In this document: piece after piece, positions 37,943 through 47,847 of the stretch
Layout: each line of letters opens with the position of its first letter
Position numbering within the stretch: the first letter of the stretch is position 1
Assembly (NCBI GenBank): GCA_965218825.1
Contig: OZ244656.1
Span: 4,765,038 to 4,829,037, forward strand
Direction of reading: 5' to 3'
DNA length: 64,000 nucleotides
From: Vicinamibacterales bacterium
GTDB taxonomy: Bacteria > Acidobacteriota > Vicinamibacteria > Vicinamibacterales > UBA8438
Notes under the pieces: generated by a model
Seen by the model: only the letters and a program-made list of their open reading frames with translations
What the model was told of the DNA's origin: nothing
The model's database searches: none
Made by a program: the position numbers and the translations under genes

Positions 37943-38676
37943 CTATGCCGCCGCGCGCCGCTCGAACGCGGCCGGACTGATCTGGCCCAGCGTTGAGTGT
38001 CGCCGCCGGTGGTTATAGAACACTTCGATGTAGTCGAACAACTCCATTTTCGCGTCCCCGTGGCTGTCGAAGTGCTCGCCGAGCTCGCTCTTGACCGTCG
38101 AGAAGAAGCTTTCCATCACCGAGTTGTCGTAGCAGTTACCGCGCCGGCTCATGCTGCACACGATGCCGCGCGCGTCCAGGAGTGACTGGTAATCCTTGCT
38201 CGCGTAGGTGCAGCCCTGGTCGGAGTGATGGAGCAGACCGACCTCTGGACAACGGCGCTTGAGCGCCATCTCAAGAGCTTTGATCGTCACATGCCGGTCG
38301 TTCACGGCGCTGACGGCCCAGCCCACGATGAACCGGGAGAACAGATCCAAGATCGCCGCGAGATAGAGCTTCCCGCTACCGCCGATGACGAACTCCGTCG
38401 TGTCGCCAACCCACCGCTGATTCGGCGCGGCCGCCTCAAACTGCCGGTCCAGGAGATTGGCCGCGACCGGTTGGTCGTGATCACTCATCGTCGTGCACTT
38501 ATAGCGCTTGCGGAGCCGCGCCTTCAGCCTGTCTTCCTGCATCAAGCGCACGACCCGTTTGCGGCTGACGTGCTCGTCCTGCTCGATCAGGTCTTCGTGA
38601 ATGCGCGGGCTGCCGTAGCCCTGCTTGCTCGCCGCAAACGACGCCCGCACCAGCACTTTCAGCCGGCGGTCGTCGC
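37943..38676 (-). pseudogene. IS3-family OrfB (rve), C-terminal 3/4, separated from its 5' part
   Basis: RDDRRLKVLVRASF...YGSPRIHEDL...QRWVGDTTEF...HHSDQGCTYAS...NCYDNSVMESFFSTVK. It abuts the left end of IS5 copy 1. Confidence 0.8.
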
Positions 38677-39749
38677 GGCGTTGGTGCGCGGAAACAAGTG
38701 TTCGTCGCGGCCCTGGCCATCGTGACGGCCGAAGGGGCATGATCTCGACGTGAAGTCGAGAGTGCATCCCAGGTACAAAACGAAATACCGCGTCGGAAAC
38801 TGGCCGGCGTACGACCGAGCCCTGGTCCAGCGAGGCGACGTCACCCTGTGGTTGACGCCGGAAGCGATCGCCACGTGGGAGGCCGTGGGCGTCGGCAAGC
38901 GCGGAGGGCAGCTGCAGTACTCCGAGGTTGCCATCGAAACCGCGCTGACGCTCCGCCTGATCTTTCACCTGCCCCTTCGTCAGACGGAGGGCTTTCTGAG
39001 GTCGATCTTCGGGATGCTGTGCCTCGCCCTGTCCGCGCCCGATCACACGACTCTCTCACGGCGTGGTCAGCACCTCGACCTTGCACTTCGCCGCCTCCCC
39101 GCGGGCGCAGGCATACATCTCATCGTCGACAGTACCGGGCTCTCGACTGTGGGTGAAGGTGAATGGGCGGCCGTGAAACATGGCGGACGCGGGATACGCG
39201 GCTGGAAGAAGCTTCATCTGGGCGTCGACGGATCGGGCGTGATCGTCGCTCACGCCCTGACCGGCGGGCATGTTGACGACGCGACGACGGCCCTCGATCT
39301 GATCGACAAGGTCGAAGGCGACGTCTCCTGCCTCACGGCGGACGCGGCCTACGACACGCGTGGCATCTACGAGGCTGCGGGTGCGCGTGGCGCGACGGTC
39401 GTCATTCCACCGACCAGGACAGCCACCGTGTCTGGACGGCGACCACGATCGCCCGCGCGCGACCGCACGATCCGACAGGTGCAGCAGGCTGGACGGCGAC
39501 AGTGGAAGAAGGACTCGGGCTACCATCAGCAGGCCCGTATGGAGAACGCCTTCTTCCGGTACAAGTTGATCATCGGGGAGAGCCTTCGAGCGCGCAGTCG
39601 GGCGGGGCAAGAGACGGAGGCCATCCTCGCATGTAACATCCTCAATCAGATGACTCAGCTTGGTAGGCCGGCGTCGTACGCTATCGGTCGTTAACGGGTC
39701 TGTGGGTAGGGGGCGTTGCGGGTCAGTTTTCGAACCGCGCAACAACGCC
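38677..39749 (+). mobile_element. IS5-family IS, copy 1 (1,073 bp)
   Basis: Inverted repeats GGCGTTG(G/T)TGCGCGG at both ends. Identical to 40127-41199 in inverted orientation. Confidence 0.9.
38750..39694 (+). CDS. IS5-family DDE transposase
   Basis: 314 aa with HLIVDSTGL, LTADAAYD and QQARMENAFFRYKLIIG...ACNILNQMTQLGRP. Confidence 0.9.
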   Translation: MKSRVHPRYKTKYRVGNWPAYDRALVQRGDVTLWLTPEAIATWEAVGVGKRGGQLQYSEVAIETALTLRLIFHLPLRQTEGFLRSIFGMLCLALSAPDHTTLSRRGQHLDLALRRLPAGAGIHLIVDSTGLSTVGEGEWAAVKHGGRGIRGWKKLHLGVDGSGVIVAHALTGGHVDDATTALDLIDKVEGDVSCLTADAAYDTRGIYEAAGARGATVVIPPTRTATVSGRRPRSPARDRTIRQVQQAGRRQWKKDSGYHQQARMENAFFRYKLIIGESLRARSRAGQETEAILACNILNQMTQLGRPASYAIGR

Positions 39750-40126
39750 GCGCGGTGCGGCTGGTGATCGACGAAGGCAAGACGGTCGGCGCCGTCGCGC
39801 GCGAATTGGATCTGACGCCATCGGCCCTGGCGACGTGGGTGAAGCAGGCACGTGCCGATCGAACGAAGGGCAAGACAGGTCTGACGACCGAGGAGCGCGC
39901 CGAGCTGGCGCGCCTGCGCAAGGACAATCGCGAGTTGCGGATGGAGCGAGACGTCCTAAAAAAAGCCGCGGCCTTCTTCGCGAAGGCCCACCTGTGAAGT
40001 TCACGTGGATCCAGACGGAGAAGGCCACCTACTCGGTCGCGAAGCTCTGTCGCTGGCTCGACGTCACGCGAAGCGGCTTCTACGCCTGGCGCGCGCGTCA
40101 GGAATCGATGCATACGCGCGACGACC
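39750..40126 (+). pseudogene. IS3-family orfA (5'-clipped) plus orfB N-terminus
   Basis: AVRLVIDEGKTVGAVARELDLTPSALATWVKQA. The slippery A_AAA_AAG lies near 39957. The -1 frame gives VKFTWIQTEKATYSVAKLCRWLDVTRSGFYAWRARQ...RDDRR, ending at the IS5 copy 2 end. Confidence 0.8.
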
Positions 40127-41199
40127 GGCGTTGTTGCGCGGTTCGAAAACTGACCCGCAACGCCCCCTACCCACAGACCCGTTAACGACCGATAGCGTAC
40201 GACGCCGGCCTACCAAGCTGAGTCATCTGATTGAGGATGTTACATGCGAGGATGGCCTCCGTCTCTTGCCCCGCCCGACTGCGCGCTCGAAGGCTCTCCC
40301 CGATGATCAACTTGTACCGGAAGAAGGCGTTCTCCATACGGGCCTGCTGATGGTAGCCCGAGTCCTTCTTCCACTGTCGCCGTCCAGCCTGCTGCACCTG
40401 TCGGATCGTGCGGTCGCGCGCGGGCGATCGTGGTCGCCGTCCAGACACGGTGGCTGTCCTGGTCGGTGGAATGACGACCGTCGCGCCACGCGCACCCGCA
40501 GCCTCGTAGATGCCACGCGTGTCGTAGGCCGCGTCCGCCGTGAGGCAGGAGACGTCGCCTTCGACCTTGTCGATCAGATCGAGGGCCGTCGTCGCGTCGT
40601 CAACATGCCCGCCGGTCAGGGCGTGAGCGACGATCACGCCCGATCCGTCGACGCCCAGATGAAGCTTCTTCCAGCCGCGTATCCCGCGTCCGCCATGTTT
40701 CACGGCCGCCCATTCACCTTCACCCACAGTCGAGAGCCCGGTACTGTCGACGATGAGATGTATGCCTGCGCCCGCGGGGAGGCGGCGAAGTGCAAGGTCG
40801 AGGTGCTGACCACGCCGTGAGAGAGTCGTGTGATCGGGCGCGGACAGGGCGAGGCACAGCATCCCGAAGATCGACCTCAGAAAGCCCTCCGTCTGACGAA
40901 GGGGCAGGTGAAAGATCAGGCGGAGCGTCAGCGCGGTTTCGATGGCAACCTCGGAGTACTGCAGCTGCCCTCCGCGCTTGCCGACGCCCACGGCCTCCCA
41001 CGTGGCGATCGCTTCCGGCGTCAACCACAGGGTGACGTCGCCTCGCTGGACCAGGGCTCGGTCGTACGCCGGCCAGTTTCCGACGCGGTATTTCGTTTTG
41101 TACCTGGGATGCACTCTCGACTTCACGTCGAGATCATGCCCCTTCGGCCGTCACGATGGCCAGGGCCGCGACGAACACTTGTTTCCGCGCACCAACGCC
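40127..41199 (-). mobile_element. IS5-family IS, copy 2 (1,073 bp, inverted)
   Basis: Exact inverted duplicate of 38677-39749. Confidence 0.9.
40182..41126 (-). CDS. IS5-family DDE transposase
   Basis: Protein identical to 38750-39694. Confidence 0.9.
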   Translation of the reverse strand: MKSRVHPRYKTKYRVGNWPAYDRALVQRGDVTLWLTPEAIATWEAVGVGKRGGQLQYSEVAIETALTLRLIFHLPLRQTEGFLRSIFGMLCLALSAPDHTTLSRRGQHLDLALRRLPAGAGIHLIVDSTGLSTVGEGEWAAVKHGGRGIRGWKKLHLGVDGSGVIVAHALTGGHVDDATTALDLIDKVEGDVSCLTADAAYDTRGIYEAAGARGATVVIPPTRTATVSGRRPRSPARDRTIRQVQQAGRRQWKKDSGYHQQARMENAFFRYKLIIGESLRARSRAGQETEAILACNILNQMTQLGRPASYAIGR

Positions 41200-41575
41200 T
41201 CGTCGCGGTGACCGTGCAAGGCGCAGACACGGGGGATACGACGGTCGCCGCCGCTGCCCAGATCGAGGATGCGCAAGCCGAGGTGGACGACCCCCAGGCG
41301 TTCACCGCGCTGGTCGCGGACAAGGGCTATCACAGTAATGAGGTCATGGTGGATCTGCAGGCCGTCGGCGTCCGGTCGTATGTCGCCGAGCCGGATCGAG
41401 GCCGCCGCGATTGGTCCAAGGCGCGGGAGGCCCAAGCGCCCGTCTATGCGAATCGTCGGCGCATTCGGGGCGCCCGCGGCAAGCGCTTGATGCGCCGACG
41501 TGGCGAGCGCATCGAGCGTTCGTTCGCGCACGCCTACGAGACCGGCGGGATGCGGCGCACGCATCTGCGGAATAT
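41200..41575 (+). pseudogene. IS5/IS1182-type DDE transposase, C-terminal fragment
   Basis: ALVADKGYHSNEVMVDLQAVGVRSYVAEPDRGRRDW...VYANRRRIRGARGKRLMRRRGERIERSFAHAYETGGMRRTHLR. Confidence 0.7.
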
Positions 41576-41792
41576 TTCGGATCAAATTATTGATCGCGGC
41601 CCCTTGACCAATGACCCAATCGCCATCCCGGAGCTGGACCTGTCCGTAGACGGAGCCGGTTGTCGGTTAAAATCCGGTGTGGACCGAGGAGGAGAGGGCC
41701 GTTCCCCGGCGACTTCGAGCCCATTGGTACCGGCGATGTTGAACCACCTGAGCGGTCGCCAAGTTCAGGTCCCTGACATCACGCGGCCGCGG

Positions 41793-43262
41793 TTACTGCC
41801 TCGCGGATGAGGTGGGTTCGGCCGCAGCGAGGCGCTCCTGAAGTGTCCGCAACACCGCCTCAGCGATCACCTGATACCCCGCGGGCGAATAGTGCGAGCC
41901 TAAGAAATAGAAAAAGTCATCCGGCGCCTGTCCAGTGTCGACAAAGGCGGCATGGCCATCAATGACGGGTACGCTCAGGCGGGCGAACATCGCCAGCACG
42001 TCGTCGCGATCGTCCAGCCAACCCATCCCCGGCCGCGTGTATTGGGTGCCGCAAGACTCGCGCCACGCGGGAACGTCGCTGCAATAGCGCCTGGAATCGG
42101 GAAGGTAGACCATCACAAGTTCACCGCCCCAGCTGTGGGTAACGTCCCGCACGGTCACCAGTATCTGCTCGGCGACCACCAGCTCCTCCTCGGTGGCGGC
42201 CTGAATCTCGTCGTCAACGCTAAGTTCCAGCCCTGCGGCGATGATGCCCAGTCGGTCGCGGATCGATCGCAGCAGGAGAACTCTGGTCAGCCGAGAACGC
42301 CAGCCAGAAGAGTGCGTGCGCAACTTGGCGTCTGTGGCTACCCGCGACGTGCGATCGATGTCGGGTTGGCGATGCCTTAGTCCGAACGGTGTGTTCGTTT
42401 TCAGGTAAGCGCGAAGCGGTGCCCTGTTGAGGTCCCTGCGCACGTCACGCAAATCGTTGCCCTCGAACCAGTTCCAGACGACGAATTGCGGCTGCAGGGC
42501 AGCGGCGTATTCTCTGAAAATCGCCAATTGGTGGAGTGGCCCCGTGCCATCAATACCGAGATTGAGCGTGGCCGGAAATACGGCGCGGACACGACCGGCG
42601 ACCGATGCCTCGCGCGGCACGCAAGCACCGTGAGTGAACGAGTCGCCAAGAAGCGCAACCTGCAGTGGCGCTTGTCCATGCAGTCCACGCGGATTGTTGA
42701 ACCCGTGTTCGTCGGCATCGTAGATGGTGTATTGGCCGGACTCGTTACAATGCACCGTCGTCGCCATCGAGACTCCAGCGAGCACAAGAAGCACGCGCCC
42801 GGCAGGTCCAGAGACCACCAACTGGCCGCCTCCAGGCACGGCCGGCATGGCGTCGACGCCTTGCGCGCGGAGATCGCGCACGATTGCGACTCTAGACCTG
42901 AGGTCTACAGTCCGGCCGGCTTCGCGTGCCGAATTCAACCTGATCTCCAAACTCGACCGATCCGTAGCGCTGAAATACACCTCGGCCAGCAAGAGTGCAG
43001 TCCCGAACGAGGCAAGGACGAGCGCGAGGTGTGTTCGCGCCGGCCGCGGGAGCATCAGCGCCAGCGCCAATACGACCGCCAACGCGATGTAGAGCGCGCT
43101 TGTGAAGCTGATTGTCGTCACCCCATAGATGGGGAGGCCGGCACAGTAGAGCGCACCGAGCACGATCACCGCTTCGGGGAGGTAGCGACGGATTCTTAAT
43201 TCCCCCTCCACACCGGTGCGTTGGAACAGGCCGCCGGGAAAGGTAGTGCCCGCTCTTCGCAT
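41793..43262 (-). CDS. membrane-anchored SGNH/GDSL-type hydrolase
   Basis: N-terminal TM helices. The LLGDSFTHG block I serine motif and a C-terminal DGHAAF...GSHYSPAGY block are present. Confidence 0.65.
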   Translation of the reverse strand: MRRAGTTFPGGLFQRTGVEGELRIRRYLPEAVIVLGALYCAGLPIYGVTTISFTSALYIALAVVLALALMLPRPARTHLALVLASFGTALLLAEVYFSATDRSSLEIRLNSAREAGRTVDLRSRVAIVRDLRAQGVDAMPAVPGGGQLVVSGPAGRVLLVLAGVSMATTVHCNESGQYTIYDADEHGFNNPRGLHGQAPLQVALLGDSFTHGACVPREASVAGRVRAVFPATLNLGIDGTGPLHQLAIFREYAAALQPQFVVWNWFEGNDLRDVRRDLNRAPLRAYLKTNTPFGLRHRQPDIDRTSRVATDAKLRTHSSGWRSRLTRVLLLRSIRDRLGIIAAGLELSVDDEIQAATEEELVVAEQILVTVRDVTHSWGGELVMVYLPDSRRYCSDVPAWRESCGTQYTRPGMGWLDDRDDVLAMFARLSVPVIDGHAAFVDTGQAPDDFFYFLGSHYSPAGYQVIAEAVLRTLQERLAAAEPTSSARQ

Positions 43263-43663
43263 GTCTGGAATGCGGCGTCAGTAATTGCCGTCGCGCCAGG
43301 CCTGTCGTGGTATGCCCACCGGCTGTCGCTTCGTTTTGCGTCGCTGTCGCGGCAAGACGGAGAGCGGTTTGACAGGTGGCGGACATGAAGCCGGGTTATT
43401 GTTCCCGGAGTGAAGGGATGACGGTCGGGGCACTGATCTTCGCAGCCGCCGTCGCCGGATCCGACTGACGTTCGGCCGGATGCTGTCAAGATGTCCCTCA
43501 GCGCCAAGGACTGGCAGCCACTCGGGGACGCCTTCGAGGTCCACATACGATCACCGTTGAAAGACGACCCTTCTGTCAATGGGGAGTGGAGACGATCCGG
43601 CGAATATCCTCTCCATGGAAGACGCGGACAAGTCTCTGCCGCTGCCGACAGATTATCCACCTT

Positions 43664-44550
43664 GGGGGTATCCATTTAACCGGACCAGTTTAACACCGCG
43701 ATTCTCCAGGGGCGATTCGCTGGAGGACGTTCCAGGCTCGGCGGGTGCCCAGCAGCCAGCGCTTGGCCAGCGAGACCACCCGATGCACCGCCGGCAGGAG
43801 CGCGCCGGGATCCTCGCCGCCGGCTCGGGCCGCCCGCTGGCTACGTCGGTCATGGACATAGCCGAGCTTCTCGAGCCCGCTATAGCCCGGCCAGCCATCG
43901 GTGATCACCGTCGCGTGCGGCGCAACGTGATCTGTCACGAAGGGGTGCAGCGAGGCGGCCGACGCATCGGCCAGCGGCAGCATCCGGCACCGGCCGACGC
44001 CGTTCGGCGCCTGGATCTCCACGGCGATGCCGGTCAGCACCTTCTTGCCCCTAGCTCGACCGCCTGCCAGCCCTGGCTCCTCACCGCCGCTGTAGGTCTC
44101 ATCCACCTCCACCACCCCGCCTAGCCGGTCCCGGCCCGGGCGCACCAGCACCGACCGCAGCCGGTGCAGCAGTGCCCATGCCGTCTGGTCGGAGCCGATC
44201 TCCAACGTCCGCTGCAGGCTCAGCGCCGAGATCCCGTCTTTGCTGGCCGCGAACAGCCAGGAGGCGGTGAACCAGACCGTGAGCGGCGTGCGCGTCCGGT
44301 CAAAGATGGTGCCCGCCGTCACCGACGTCCGGCCGCCACACCCGGAGCACCGGTAGCGCCCATCGCCCAGCCTCCGTCGTGGCCGCAAGCCGCGCAGACG
44401 AAGCCCGCAGGCCACTCCAGGTAATCCATGCAGTCCGCATCGGTGCGGAACCAGGCCTGGAACTCGCCCACGGACCTCGGATAGTGCGTGCCTGCATGAG
44501 GGCGACCCACCGCCCCAGCCTACATCGGCCCGGTTAAATGGATAGCCCCA
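43664..44550 (-). mobile_element. IS1595-like IS (887 bp) with target duplication
   Basis: Inverted repeats GGGG(T/C)TATCCATTTAACCGG at both ends. Perfect direct repeat ATCCACCTT at 43655-43663 and 44551-44559. Confidence 0.85.
43690..44510 (-). pseudogene. IS1595-family transposase with a 1-nt frameshift in the zinc-ribbon region
   Basis: FQAWFRTDADCMDYLEWPAGFVCAACGHDGG, then a frame change near 44340-44350 into RLGDGRYRCSGCGGRTSVTAGTIF...VVEVDETYSGG...ITDGWPGY. Confidence 0.75.
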
Positions 44551-44584
44551 ATCCACCTTATCGGACACGCTTTCGTATGCCTGC

Positions 44585-44850
44585 ATGCATTTCGATGCTT
44601 TGTGTACGCTGATGGACAAGCAGGAATTCCGCAACCCCGTGTCGTCAACGCTCCCACATGGTGACGATCCATCGGTGCACGTAGACTTCGGATGCGGTCC
44701 CGGAACGGCATCGTGGGCCGTCATGAACATCCTGTCAAACGACGCCTGCGTCACGACGATCGGTCACGACCATAACCCACACATGATCGAGCTGGCGCGC
44801 TCGATGACTTTCCATGTAGCCAGCGCCATGACGGCTTGGACTCCAACCCC
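44585..44850 (+). pseudogene. class I SAM-dependent methyltransferase, N-terminal fragment
   Basis: VHVDFGCGPGTASWAV (motif I). It is lost into the IS3-type fragment. Confidence 0.4.
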
Positions 44851-44852
44851 GA

Positions 44853-44999
44853 TCGGTCGTCCTGGCGGTAGCGGCGATGCCGGTGCGTCGACCGCGCCTG
44901 ACTGAGCACTCGGCAGGCCCGCCGCTCCGAGACGCCCAGCCGGTGCTGTACGTGCACCACGGCTGGGCGTCGCCGGGACGGGCTCAGAAGTTTTCCCGA
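44853..44999 (-). pseudogene. IS3-family OrfB N-terminal (HTH_21) fragment
   Basis: LSPSRRRPAVVHVQHRLGVSERRACRVLSQARSTHRHRRYRQDD. Confidence 0.6.
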
Positions 45000-45098
45000 G
45001 GCCACCTCTTTAAGGGTACTGACGCCCCTATGTGTCAAGTTTAAGGGCACAGTCAAGTTAACTAGCCTGGACCAGGATGAGGCGAACTAATCAGAGGA

Positions 45099-45335
45099 TC
45101 AGGCCGCGGTCACCTCGGCCCACACGGTGAATGATCGTGCTCGCAGCATCCGATGATGAACCGACCTGAGCAGGTGCCGACCCACTCGAAACAGATTCTG
45201 AATGACACCGTGAACGTGCAAGCACCGCTGGGCGTGGGCAGGTGAGGTGAAGCCGCGCATCTGACGCTCCTGTTGGCGCGTAGGCTGATGGGAGACTTCG
45301 GCGCGATTGTTCGCGGCCGACGGCAACGCAGTCAC
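45099..45335 (-). pseudogene. IS6-family (IS6100-like lineage) transposase, C-terminal fragment
   Basis: NNRAEVSHQPTRQQERQMRGFTSPAHAQRCLHVHGVIQNLFRVGRHLL. Confidence 0.7.
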
Positions 45336-45423
45336 CCTCGGGGCACTGAGTTTTGTGCGAGAAGCCGACCTTACCTACAAGAAGATTCAACTCGATCTCT
45401 CCCCCGCCATCACGTACGGTCAG

Positions 45424-45609
45424 ACCGCGCAGGAGCGCGGGGTAGATCGATCCCTGGTTGAGGTGGATGAGCCCCTCGGCGACCTGTTCAATCCGCCGGG
45501 CCAGACCAAAGCCGTGGAGCGGACCGAGAACGTCCAGCGTTTTGAGGACGAACAGGTCAAGCGTGCCGTACGGGACGTCGGTGCTGGGCTCTGGCATGTG
45601 GCCTGTCAA
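45424..45609 (-). pseudogene. PadR-family regulator, N-terminal fragment
   Basis: PYGTLDLFVLKTLDVLGPLHGFGLARRIEQVAEGLIHLNQGSIYPALLR, then unrelated sequence. Confidence 0.7.
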
Positions 45610-45944
45610 CAGGAACCGTATCTGACGCCCTGTGGACTGTCAACATGGGCGTAGACCGGGTCACGTGTGGCTCTTCCGTACCGTGCCGTCTGCACACACC
45701 TTGATGCGATGTGTGGATGGAAACGCCTTCGCCCCCATAGTGCGGGCTCGACCTTGCCCCATCTTTGGCCGACCAGTGCATCATGGGATCGCTCCCTCGA
45801 TTACAGCCCGGTACTGCTCCTCACACCCTTCAGATTCCACCTCGCGGTGGACACCCTGTCCTCCGCCGCGCCAGCCGCACGCGACGGCCAGTGAGGCATT
45901 ACCCCCACTTTCGGATACGGTGCTCTCCACCAGAGCACCGGAGG

Positions 45945-46319
45945 CCCCGCGTCATCAACACTGACCAGGCCCGTCTCTACGGCTCGGCAATGGCGGGGGT
46001 GAAAAAGGCAGGAATCCTGCGACGCCGTTGCCGCCACCGACCTGTCCAATACGTGAACAACATCGTGGAGCAGGATCATCGAGCGATCAAACGACGCGTG
46101 ACAGCGAAGCAGGGCTTTCGTGCATTCCACGCGGCGCGGCGAACGATCCAAGGCTACGAGGCCATGCACATGATCCGGAAGGGGCTGGCGAGGTGGGTGA
46201 GCGGTTCGGATGGTCGGCGACAGATTCAGTTCATCAACAAGCTGTCCTCCGGAATGCTCGTCGAGTACGTTCTGGTGACTCCGAACGTTGGCACACTTGC
46301 TCGTTTTCGATGCGCCTAA
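45945..46319 (+). pseudogene. IS6-family (IS26-like lineage) transposase, C-terminal half
   Basis: VINTDQARLYGSAMAGVKKAG...QYVNNIVEQDHRAIKRRVTAKQGFRAFHAARRTIQGYEAMHMIRKG. Near-identical to 63258-63475. Confidence 0.75.
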
Positions 46320-46320
46320 T

Positions 46321-47550
46321 TCATGCCGTTCGTCGGTCTGGGTGTCCCAGGCTGGGTCGCGCCGACTGGACGAGACGTCGGTAGAGGCGATCGACGGCAC
46401 TGACCATCTCCTCCACGCTGTGCCGCTCGATGACCTGGGTACGGGCCAACCGTGCCCAGCGCTCCGTTTCGGAAGGGTGGTCTCGCGCGTAGATCAGCGC
46501 CTGTGCCAGGCGTTCTGGATCGCCGGGCGGCACGAGCATGCCGGTAACCCGGTCCGAGATCAGGTCGGGCACGCCACCGACCCGCGTGGCGACGACGGGG
46601 CATCTGGCCGCCATCGCTTCGATGGCAGCCACCGGTGTCCCTTCGTTGTTCGAGGACACCACGAGCAGGTCGGTGTCGGCATAGACGGCAGGCAGATCGC
46701 GTCGCCAGCCGAGGAAGAGCACCTGCGGTCGAAGATCGAGCTGGGCAGCGAGCTGCTCTGTGGCTGCCCGCTGATCACCATCACCCACCACGAGGACAAC
46801 CGTCTCGGGGTGTTTGGTAACGACCGTCCTGGCGGCCCGCAGGAAGAGCGCGTGGTTTTTGATCGGGACGATACGCCCCACGATGGCCATCACGAAGGCG
46901 TCGGCGCTCAGACTGAGCTCGCGACGCAATGTCCCTGCGTGCTCGGGAGCACGCTCGAACGGCGTCAGGTCCAGGCCTAGCGGGACGACCTCGATCTTCG
47001 AGACCGGCGCGACACGGTAGCGCAGCAGATCGTCCCGAACTCCGGGGCTGATCGCAATCACCTGATCGGTCGCCAAGCCGAGTCCGACTTCGATGCCCCG
47101 TAGCAGCCGACTCTTCCACGCCGGGAAATAGCCATGTAGCACGTGCCCGTGGAAGGTATGTACGAGCACGGGGGTGCGCGCAAGCCTCGCCGCCACCCTG
47201 CCCAGAAAGCCTGCCTTCGCCGTATGGGTGTGGACGATATGGGGCCGCACGTCCCGTATGACCCTGGTCAGGGCTCGCACCGCTCGTGCGTCGCGACGCC
47301 CGACGGACGTGTCGGTGACCAGTTCGGGAATCTGGATGGGTGGCACACCGTGCTGCTCGGCGAAGTAGGCCATCGAGTCTTCGCCAGGACGGAGGGCGCC
47401 GCATACCAGATGGGTCTCGTATCCGAGCCGGGTCAGCCCCTGGTTCAGCAGGACCACATGTTGCGCAGGACCGCCGATGTTGAGTCGGCCGATGACGCGT
47501 ACGACCCTCAGGGGCTCCCTAGATGACCCTTTGAGCGGCGGCACCATCAT
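46321..47550 (-). CDS. glycosyltransferase family 4 (GT-B)
   Basis: GRLNIGGPAQHVV, HTHTAKAG, and the C-terminal SSNNEGTPVAAIEAMAARCPVVATRVGGVPDLI (EX7E region). Confidence 0.85.
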   Translation of the reverse strand: MMVPPLKGSSREPLRVVRVIGRLNIGGPAQHVVLLNQGLTRLGYETHLVCGALRPGEDSMAYFAEQHGVPPIQIPELVTDTSVGRRDARAVRALTRVIRDVRPHIVHTHTAKAGFLGRVAARLARTPVLVHTFHGHVLHGYFPAWKSRLLRGIEVGLGLATDQVIAISPGVRDDLLRYRVAPVSKIEVVPLGLDLTPFERAPEHAGTLRRELSLSADAFVMAIVGRIVPIKNHALFLRAARTVVTKHPETVVLVVGDGDQRAATEQLAAQLDLRPQVLFLGWRRDLPAVYADTDLLVVSSNNEGTPVAAIEAMAARCPVVATRVGGVPDLISDRVTGMLVPPGDPERLAQALIYARDHPSETERWARLARTQVIERHSVEEMVSAVDRLYRRLVQSARPSLGHPDRRTA

Positions 47551-47724
47551 CGGCGCGTGTGCTGTCTCCCATCAACTCTTGTTTCTCGTAGGAAACACCC
47601 ACGTTAACCACGCGGATTGTTTCTCGGCACCGAAATGGACGTCTCAGCTTAGATGATTTTACTGGCGAGGAAAGTCTACGGCCTTTTCAGCGCGGCGCGT
47701 TCGGCACATGGCACGGGCCCACGC

Positions 47725-47830
47725 GCTCGACGTCTGCAAGACATCGAATCAGACACGGGATACGACACACGGCGGCGCGCGCCGGACGGCACCCTCGCCA
47801 TCGTGTCGCAAACGCAGAGCGTTTTTTGGG
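47725..47830 (-). repeat. TGTC-rich repeat family, copy 3
   Basis: gctcgacgtctgcaagacatcgaatcagacacgggatacgacacacggcggcgcgcgccggacgg plus TGTCGCAAACGCAGAGCGTTTTTTGGG. Confidence 0.5.
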
Positions 47831-47847
47831 CACTCTTGAGAAAACAT

